DNA of 64,000 nucleotides from the NCBI GenBank assembly GCA_965240325.2, contig OZ251235.1, positions 310,001 to 374,000 on the forward strand. Reading direction: 5' to 3'. The notes under the pieces were generated by a model. It saw nothing but the letters and a program-made list of their open reading frames with translations, searched no databases and had not been told where the DNA came from. This document shows, in pieces, positions 55,209 to 64,000 of the stretch. The DNA is from Rebecca billardiae RCC1528 (Eukaryota > Protista > Haptophyta). The position numbers and the translations under genes are program-made. Every line of letters starts with the position of its first letter. Within the stretch, counting starts at the first letter, position 1.

Positions 55209-57580
55209 TCCTGCATGAAGAGCGAAGCTGTCTGCCCGAGGATGCCCAAGTGGCTCGGCTCGATAGCAGGTCGTAGTTACTAGAAGCGGCCACAACGATA
55301 ATGAGCTTGGGGCTGGCCGCTTGCTTGACGAATGAGAAGCTGCCTGGATGCTGATGGAGAAGCTCCCAAGAGATCAATCTCAGCACATGCTATCTCGAGA
55401 GCCGCCAAATAAATAGACACGAGCGAGCCGTATAGAAGAGTTGGACAGGAGGCCATAAAGGAGGTGCTGCCATGAGTGGTGATGAAGAACGTAATAATAG
55501 CACATCATGATGATAGTAAAGATCTTGTCAAACATACTCCCTGGTGTTGTCTGTTGAAGGGTCGGTCGAGATGGTGGAGCAGCAATTACTCGGAAACGTG
55601 AGCAGCCGGCACCATTGGGTACCAGCAGTCACCACCTGCAGGATCACGCACTCGCGGCAGATGATGGATTAAGCCCTTGGTCGCAAGCGGCACGCCTGCA
55701 TCGCCTCCTTCTAGCCTCCGGACACACTCGGTTATAGCTGCGCTATAACGCCACATATATATCGGACGCGATCTGCTGCCACAGCTTGCTGACTCTGACG
55801 CCTGCCCGTTGCATACCACTGCGTCGTTACACAATATATATATGTATATGTATATGTCGTATATATGTATATGTATATATATGCGCCTGCCCGTTGCATA
55901 CCACGTCGTTAATATATACATATATATATATATATCGTCGGCGATATATATGACCGCGTTCCGCGGTCCTTTTCCGTAGAACGAACGTAGTTCGGGGCCC
56001 GCGGTGGCGGTGCACCCTCCGTCGCAGTCGTCCCGTACACGTGTAACTAGACTCCATCCAGCGGCGCGCCGCCCCAGCGCCGCGCCGCCGCCGGCGTGCG
56101 CCGAGTGTGGATGTCGGTCGTCGGCCGAGCTGCCCTCATCACAGACGGCCCTTACCTGACCCCCTGCGCGTGCGCGACGGCCGACAGGCGGATGCGACTC
56201 GGCGTGATCGACGCACGAGCGCGACTCTTGCACGCCAGGCCACCGGCGGAGCTGACTGACAGCCAGGGAGCCGGACGGCGCGGGACCGCGCGGATTCGAC
56301 CGTTCGTTCGGGCCTGCCGCTGACCGTCGTCGCCGCGACGCCAGCAGCGCAGGAGTAGATGATCTGCAGGTCAGTAGGGTTCGACCTGCGCGCCTGCGCG
56401 ACGGCCGACAGGCGGGCGCGAGGCGTGAGCGACGCATGAGCGCGACTCTACGTGCACACCAGGCACCACGCGGCCGAGCTGACTGACCGCGAGCCAGGGA
56501 GCACGGTGCGAGCAGCCATGCAGCACCGGTGCTTGCGCGCGCCGCGCGTGCACGGGGTGACACACCTCGGTCAGGCTCGGCACGCGTCGCAGAGGCACGG
56601 CCAGCTCTGGGCACGCCAGGCGCCCAGGCCACGCGGAGCTGACAGCCACGGGGAGCCGACGGCGCGCGGGGCCGCGGCCAGTTCCGAGTTCGACTTGCGC
56701 CTGCTCTGAAGAAGAGTTCTGGGAGACCCTGGCGGAGAGGCATGGCAAGGGGGGCGTGTGGTGAAGTCGGAGACTCAGAGATCGATCAGTCCGGCATCAT
56801 GCGCCGCTGCCCCCGAGCTTGCGAGAGCCCGAACACAGGGCGGCGGCTGCGGCGGCGGCGGCGCGGCCGCGCGGCCGGCCGCGCAGGCATCGACAGGGCG
56901 CGGCAGGGGCGTGCGGAGTGACTAGTGAGCGGGCACGAACGCGATGTCGACGGCCGTCGGGACCCGCCGCAGACGCGCGCTCCAGGCGCCACTCGGCACT
57001 CGCCACGCGCACCTGCCCATCGAGCGCCCCCTTGCGGACCAACCAAGAGTCGTCGCGGCTCGCTCGCCACCCCAGAAGAAACCTGCACACGTCGTCCTTG
57101 CGACGGCGGCAGGTTTTGAGCTCGCCAGCTCGGTAAGTCAGTGACTATGGAATGGGCTGGCAACGAATAGCTGCGCGGGTATTTTCAATAAGGCTTGCGG
57201 GTTTTAGACTCTAGATACCAACCGCCGCGAAGCCAAGTTCATATTCATCAAGGCGGAGGCAAACTATCACACATGAACGAGAGTCTACCCACAAAATTTA
57301 CCCAGCCTGGCACATTTGGGCGTGGGTTTCGTTGATTCCTCTGTTGAGCTGACGAGGCCAGGGGCGCGCATCTCAGCAGATGGCGTCGCCGGCGGTGAGT
57401 CAGGGCCGGTGCTGCAGCAGGCAGACCGGCGGCGCAGCTGCTGCAGAGCAGCAGTGCGGATGAACTGGCACAGTCTGGGGCACGCATCTCAGCAGATGGC
57501 GTGCTCTGCAGAGATGCGTGCCCCAGACTGTGCCAGTTCATCCGCACTGCTCCGCCAGTTCATCCGCACTGCTCTGCAGA

Positions 57581-59210
57581 GCAGCGCGGAGCAGCGCGGA
57601 GCAGCGCGGAGCAGCGCGGAGCAGCGCGGAGCAGCGCGGAGCAGCGCGGAGCAGCGCGGAGCAGCGCGGAGCAGCGCGGAGCAGCGCGGAGCAGCGCGGA
57701 GCAGCGCGGAGCAGCGCGGAGCAGCGCGGAGCAGCGCGGAGCAGCGCGGAGCAGCGCGGAGCAGCGCGGAGCAGCGCGGAGCAGCGCGGAGCAGCGCGGA
57801 GCAGCGCGGAGCAGCGCGGAGCAGCGCGGAGCAGCGCGGAGCAGCGCGGAGCAGCGCGGAGCAGCGCGGAGCAGCGCGGAGCAGCGCGGAGCAGCGCGGA
57901 GCAGCGCGGAGCAGCGCGGAGCAGCGCGGAGCAGCGCGGAGCAGCGCGGAGCAGCGCGGAGCAGCGCGGAGCAGCGCGGAGCAGCGCGGAGCAGCGCGGA
58001 GCAGCGCGGAGCAGCGCGGAGCAGCGCGGAGCAGCGCGGAGCAGCGCGGAGCAGCGCGGAGCAGCGCGGAGCAGCGCGGAGCAGCGCGGAGCAGCGCGGA
58101 GCAGCGCGGAGCAGCGCGGAGCAGCGCGGAGCAGCGCGGAGCAGCGCGGAGCAGCGCGGAGCAGCGCGGAGCAGCGCGGAGCAGCGCGGAGCAGCGCGGA
58201 GCAGCGCGGAGCAGCGCGGAGCAGCGCGGAGCAGCGCGGAGCAGCGCGGAGCAGCGCGGAGCAGCGCGGAGCAGCGCGGAGCAGCGCGGAGCAGCGCGGA
58301 GCAGCGCGGAGCAGCGCGGAGCAGCGCGGAGCAGCGCGGAGCAGCGCGGAGCAGCGCGGAGCAGCGCGGAGCAGCGCGGAGCAGCGCGGAGCAGCGCGGA
58401 GCAGCGCGGAGCAGCGCGGAGCAGCGCGGAGCAGCGCGGAGCAGCGCGGAGCAGCGCGGAGCAGCGCGGAGCAGCGCGGAGCAGCGCGGAGCAGCGCGGA
58501 GCAGCGCGGAGCAGCGCGGAGCAGCGCGGAGCAGCGCGGAGCAGCGCGGAGCAGCGCGGAGCAGCGCGGAGCAGCGCGGAGCAGCGCGGAGCAGCGCGGA
58601 GCAGCGCGGAGCAGCGCGGAGCAGCGCGGAGCAGCGCGGAGCAGCGCGGAGCAGCGCGGAGCAGCGCGGAGCAGCGCGGAGCAGCGCGGAGCAGCGCGGA
58701 GCAGCGCGGAGCAGCGCGGAGCAGCGCGGAGCAGCGCGGAGCAGCGCGGAGCAGCGCGGAGCAGCGCGGAGCAGCGCGGAGCAGCGCGGAGCAGCGCGGA
58801 GCAGCGCGGAGCAGCGCGGAGCAGCGCGGAGCAGCGCGGAGCAGCGCGGAGCAGCGCGGAGCAGCGCGGAGCAGCGCGGAGCAGCGCGGAGCAGCGCGGA
58901 GCAGCGCGGAGCAGCGCGGAGCAGCGCGGAGCAGCGCGGAGCAGCGCGGAGCAGCGCGGAGCAGCGCGGAGCAGCGCGGAGCAGCGCGGAGCAGCGCGGA
59001 GCAGCGCGGAGCAGCGCGGAGCAGCGCGGAGCAGCGCGGAGCAGCGCGGAGCAGCGCGGAGCAGCGCGGAGCAGCGCGGAGCAGCGCGGAGCAGCGCGGA
59101 GCAGCGCGGAGCAGCGCGGAGCAGCGCGGAGCAGCGCGGAGCAGCGCGGAGCAGCGCGGAGCAGCGCGGAGCAGCGCGGAGCAGCGCGGAGCAGCGCGGA
59201 GCAGCGCGGG
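57581..59210 (+). repeat. (GCAGCGCGGA)n satellite, about 163 units, inside the 5' LTR
   Basis: Perfect 10-mer array; about 19 perfect units at 63114-63303 in the 3' LTR. Confidence 0.97.
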
Positions 59211-61105
59211 CGTCATGCTGGTACACTGGATTTGTCCAAGGAAAGCAGGTGAGCAGCACCGGACATGGACGAGAAGCAGTGGTACAAAGTTGAGCGGCAA
59301 CAGGACGGACGGTGCGATCGCCGATTGGCTGATCGCGGCAAAATCTGGGTAAGTCGGCACGGCGATGATACTACCGCCCCGAGCCCAGGAGCGATCGGAG
59401 CTCGATCGCTGTTTTGGCCCGGCGCAAGAGCGCCGGAAATAAGGGCCAGGTTCAGAGGCTTGAGAGCTGATGAGATCGCGAGGCATGTGATCCTCGCGGT
59501 GGCGTCCGTCCTGTCGTGCGCGGTGAGCTTTTAGCAGGGCTCGAGACGCTCGGAGCTTGCGGTAATCCCAATATGCGCGCAGCAACCCCAGGGAGGGAGT
59601 TGTCCGCACTGTCCTTTCTCATCGATTGGGCTGATGGGCACGAGCGGCCGTGGTTGCAGGATGGGCGGAACGAGGAACTCTGGCATCGCATGGAATGCAG
59701 CAGAGGTTCCTGGCCGAGAGCGCGGGCAAACTGGCGACGCTCTCGATGGGGCATGGCGCTACGATGCCAGGGATCATCGGCATCATCTCCGCGCATGGCC
59801 CGGACGCGGAACTTCGCGTCGATTGGGAGGAACAGTACCTGTCGGTGATGAGCCCGACACGACAGCCTCCCGGAAGCTCACGATTGGATCTGAGCGGATG
59901 CAGCTGGTGCAGGAGAACTACTGCGTGCAGCGGCGGATGACTGAGCAGCGCTACTGGCACGATCGGCGCGAGCACGCACCCCGAGCGCCGGGTGGCTGCA
60001 CGGCAGCTGACGGCGGCGACGGCGGGCTCGGCGATCTACTCGGAGGGGCTGGCTCATCAACCTGTCCGGTGGTCTAGGGCACCGGATGGCGGCTGGCAGC
60101 TGGACTGGGTTTTGCGGTCCGGCTGGCACGGCTGGCACGACCGGACTGGACACAGGTCCGGCGGTTGGCACACCCGGATCTATCGGAATCGTCCGGGTGG
60201 AATCTGGCGACACGAGCGCCGTTACGGCGGCGGGCAGTGCTTGGCACTGGTCCTACGCCGGCAGCTGACGCGAGGCGCAGCTGGCAGTGCCACCGAGATG
60301 GCGGCGCTGGCGCGACTGTTGAGTCGCGGGAATCGCGCGCGCGCGAGGCGCGAGCGCGGGATCATGACGGGGCGGCGCAGCGGTGCCGAGACTACGTCTG
60401 CAGCTGACGCGAGGCGCAGCTGGCAGTGCCCCCGAGACGGCGGCGCTGGCGCGATCTTTGAGTCGCGGTATCCGCGCGCGCGCAAGGCGCGAGTGCGGGG
60501 TGACGGCGGGGCAGTGCATGGCACTCGGCCCACGCCGGGAGGTTCAGCTCGATTCCATGCTGCGGGCCGAGATCATTCGGCGGCAGGTGGGGACCCGACG
60601 CTGAGGCGTCGGAAGCACACGCACGGCGCAGGACGCCGGTGCGGCGTGTGTGCGCGCAGCAGCGCGCGGCAGTGGCTCGGCGGCGCTGGGCGCACCGAAC
60701 CAGGTGGTCGTACGCCCGGTGGTGGCGGCGGCACCCACACGTCCACGCACGAAGCTCATCGCCTGGCTCAGGCGGCGGTGGCGACGGCGGGGATCGTGGC
60801 GGCGGCCAAGACGGCGGAGAGATACCGACTGGCTGCGAGGGCGGAGGAGGCAGCGGCGGCGGCGAGCAGCGCGCGCCGCGCGCGGAGCAGCTCCATGGCT
60901 TCAACGTACTCTGGTACGTATGTCGTGTAGACGACGGACGTCCCTTCACTCGCGTGACGTACGCATCGACGAGACCGACCTGGTCGAGGGGGGGCACTCG
61001 TCGCTGGGCGCACCTGACGGTGGCGCGTACGTGGGTGATGGTGACGGCGCCGCGGTAAGCGGCGGACATCGTCCGGTCGGCGGTGACGCCGACGGTGAGG
61101 ACGAG

Positions 61106-61680
61106 GACGGCGACGGCGGCGAGCAGCCAGCCGACGCCGGGAATGACGACGCGACAGAGTTCGACGTCGGGTACGACGACGACGCAGATGCGTCAACGTC
61201 GGGGCGCGGGCGCAGCAGCGTGGACGCGGGACAGCGCGGGTGCAGCAGCGCGGGCGCGGATGACGGCGACGGCGGCGAGCAGCCAGCCGACGCCGGGAAT
61301 GACGACGCGACAGAGTTCGACGTCGGGTACGACGACGACGCAGATGCGTCAACGTCGGGGCGCGGGCGCAGCAGCGTGGACGCGGGACAGCGCGGGTGCA
61401 GCAGCGCGGGCGCACAGCCGTCGACGCCGACGCCGCAGGGCGGGCGTGGCGGGACAGGCGCGTCGATGACGCAGCCGGGTCGGCAGGGTCAGATACCGCC
61501 GGCGGAATCACGGCGCGGGGCCGCAGCAGATGCTGGCGGGCCGCCGCGCGGCGCAGGACGATGACGGCGACGGCGGCGAGCCGCCGGCCGACGCCGGTGA
61601 CGACGACGCGACGGAGTTCGACGTCAGGAACGACGGCGACGCAGATGCGTCGGCGTCGGCGCGCGAGCGCGGCAGCGCGG
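61106..61680 (+). repeat. Internal tandem duplications (~155-bp unit, 2 near-identical copies plus 1 diverged) in the Copia body
   Basis: GACGGCGACGGCGGCGAGC...GACGACGCGAC.GAGTTCGACGTC recurs at about 61106, 61262 and 61563. Confidence 0.8.
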
Positions 61681-62379
61681 ACGCGGAACAGCGCGCGGGC
61701 GCGGCAGCGCGGGCGCGGAACAGCGCGCGGGCGCAGCAGCGCGGGCGCGGAACAGCGCGCGAGCGCAGCAGCGCGGGCGCGGAGCGCGCAGGCGCGGCAG
61801 CGCAGGTGCGGAACAGCGCACGGGCGCGGCAGCGCAGGCGCGGAACAGCGCGCGGGCGCAGCAGCGCGTGCGCACAGCCGTCGACGCCGACGCCGCAGGG
61901 CGGGCGTGGCGGAGCAGGCGCGTCAGCGACACAGCCTGGGTCGGCAGGGTCGGATCCCGCCGACGGAATCCCGGCGCGGGGCCGCAGCAGATGCTGGCGG
62001 GCCGCCGCGTAGCACAGGTGCGCGGGCGCAGCAGCGCGGGCGCGGGTCAGCGCGGGCGCAGCAGCGCGGGCGCACGGGCGCACAGCCGCCGATGCCGCAG
62101 GCCGGCGATCGGGGCGGTGCGGGCGCGCCATGGGCGCAGTCGCACTGGTGGTATGAGATACCACCGGCGCAACTTTGGCGCGGGACCGCCGCGCAGATGC
62201 GGGCGGGTTGCCGCGGGTCGCAGAGGCGATCGATGGCGGGCTCGAGCGATTCGGCACGAACGCGAGCACGCGGATACGGCTGCCAGAGGCAGCGGCGCGC
62301 GCGAGGCTGACCGACGCGGACAAGGCGTTGGTCCAGCGCGCGGAGATTGACGAGCTCGACGACTTGCTCACTTTGGGTG

Positions 62380-62615
62380 ACTCTGTTTGGTCTAACAACC
62401 CAGGGGAATCCGGGTGGAGGTCGACGGGTGGCTGCATCATTGTCTTCTACAATGGATCGCCGGTGTCGTGGCACAGCAGCGGGCTGCAGGTTATGGCCCA
62501 GCTGAGCTCGACGGAGGCGGAGTACGTGGCGTGAGGTCAATGTACCACGCCGACATCATGACGAAGGCGACGGACGACGCTGCTACGTTTGAGTGGCACG
62601 TCGACGCCATCATGG
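62380..62615 (+). pseudogene. Copia-type RNase H remnant
   Basis: RSTGGC..YNGSPVSWHSS..Q...LSSTEAEYVA* followed by ADIMTKA in another frame; the middle of the domain is deleted. Confidence 0.8.
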
Positions 62616-64000
62616 TGTGCGACACCCGACGCGCGCGCGATGAGCGGTGCTACTCGCTCGCGGCTATGGCTGTCGAGGGGGGGTGTTGAGCTGACGAGGC
62701 CAGGGGCGCGCATCTCAGCAGATGGCGTCGCCGGCGGTGAGTCAGGGCCGGTGCTGCAGCAGGCAGACCGGCGGCGCAGCTGCTGCAGAGCAGCAGTGCG
62801 GATGAACTGGCACAGTCTGGGGCACGCATCTCAGCAGATGGCGTTGCCGCTGGGGTGTCAGGGCTGGCGCCGCATCAGGCGGGCCGGCGGCAGCAGCTGC
62901 TGCGGAGCAGTGGCTGGCAGCGCGCGCGTCCAGGACGCGCGCGGCAGCAGACGCGCGAGCGCGGAGCAGCGCGGGCGCAGCGGCGCGGGAGCGCGGAGCA
63001 GCGCGGGGCGCGCGGAGCAGCGCGGAGCGCGCGGAGCCGCGCGGAGCAGCGCGGAGCGCGCGGAGCCGCGCGGAGCAGCGCGGAGCAGCGCGGAGCAGCG
63101 CGGAGCGCGCGGAGCAGCGCGGAGCAGCGCGGAGCAGCGCGGAGCAGCGCGGAGCAGCGCGGAGCAGCGCGGAGCAGCGCGGAGCAGCGCGGAGCAGCGC
63201 GGAGCAGCGCGGAGCAGCGCGGAGCAGCGCGGAGCAGCGCGGAGCAGCGCGGAGCAGCGCGGAGCAGCGCGGAGCAGCGCGGAGCAGCGCGGAGCAGCGC
63301 GGGCGTCATGCTGGTACACTGGATTTGTCCAAGGAAAGCAGGTGAGCAGCACCGGACATGGACGAGAAGCAGTGGTACAAAGTTGAGCGGCAACAGGACG
63401 GACGGTGCGATCGCCGATTGGCTGATCGCGGCAAAATCTGGGTAAGTCGGCACGGCGATGATACTACCGCCCCGAGCCCAGGAGCGATCGGAGCTCGATC
63501 GCTGTTTTGGCCCGGCGCAAGAGCGCCGGAAATAAGGGCCAGGTTCAGAGGCTTGAGAGCTGATGAGATCGCGAGGCATGTGATCCTCGCGGTGGCGTCC
63601 GTCCTGTCGTGCGCGGTGAGCTTTTAGCAGGGCTCGAGACGCTCGGAGCTTGCGGTAATCCCAATATCCTCTGTTCACTATTCAAGACGGCGGCCGCGTC
63701 CTTTTTCGACGCTAATGCACCTGTAAGGGAGTCTCAAAATCGAAACTCGGTCTCCTCCAGCCCTAAAAATCGCCCCCCCGTCCCTTTTTTCTTGATCAAA
63801 GATCTTTTTGAAACGTGGTTCGGGCCCGCTGGTGCGGGCTCCACGCTGCGCGCTCCGCCCTGCACCGCGGGCCATTAACATTTATTTAACTAAAGTATAA
63901 TAGCGCTCGGCGGTATAGAATATGAGCCGGAGATAAAGACGGCTGAATCGTCTATATCAGCGCAGATCATTCGCCGTCTCATTAATAAGCGCTCAGCCCG

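Larger units (their letters stand above)
57342..63666 (+). mobile_element. Internally deleted Ty1/Copia LTR retrotransposon (5' LTR 57342-59573, 3' LTR 62684-63666)
   Basis: 5-bp TSD TCCTC (57337-57341, 63667-63671); LTRs TGTTG...CAATA; PPT GAGGGGGGG at 62675-62683; RNase H remnant. Confidence 0.9.
55949..63877 (-). mobile_element. Second Helitron2-like copy, split by the Copia insertion
   Basis: Same termini as 49144-50767; the empty site GATTCCTCTGTTCAC seen near 50534 is interrupted here. Confidence 0.7.

Noticed and set aside
55210-55790. Lower-GC segment, possibly a decayed foreign or retro fragment
   Set aside because: No recognisable motif or second copy in this window.
57316-59609. 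Five long ORFs with SSAEQRGAAR / APRCSALLRA repeats
   Set aside because: Artefacts of a stop-free 10-mer satellite.
61106-61680. Repeat-spacer (CRISPR-like) appearance
   Set aside because: Units are long tandem duplications without unique spacers, in a eukaryotic LTR element, with no cas genes.

Overview
Very GC-rich eukaryotic nuclear DNA with short GC-rich GT-AG introns and signal-peptide-led plastid proteins, consistent with a secondary-plastid alga such as a haptophyte (inference). About 18 protein genes are supported, often in tight head-to-head pairs. They include PSRP1/HPF, a PHO80-type cyclin-like protein, a GT77/XEG113-like glycosyltransferase, a REX4-like exonuclease with R3H, NAD(P) transhydrogenase, an ARK-like kinesin with a KLC-type TPR, TDP1, a Cys-rich surface protein, an FAD oxidoreductase, a cNMP-binding protein, eIF4A, a sulfotransferase-like protein and a MYND-finger protein. 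Main highlights: (1) an anion-type Cys-loop channel fused to a bacterial-type periplasmic sugar-binding domain, with an EF-hand-like motif in its cytoplasmic loop; (2) directly upstream of it, a 5.6-kb non-coding nest in which a 3.8-kb branched three-stem foldback element and a 1.5-kb TTAA-flanked palindrome both sit inside the terminal repeat of a small TA-flanked MITE; (3) two copies of a Helitron2/Helentron-like element, one interrupted by an internally deleted Copia whose LTRs carry a 10-bp satellite at about 163 versus about 19 copies. All alignments and coordinates were read by eye; no searches were run.
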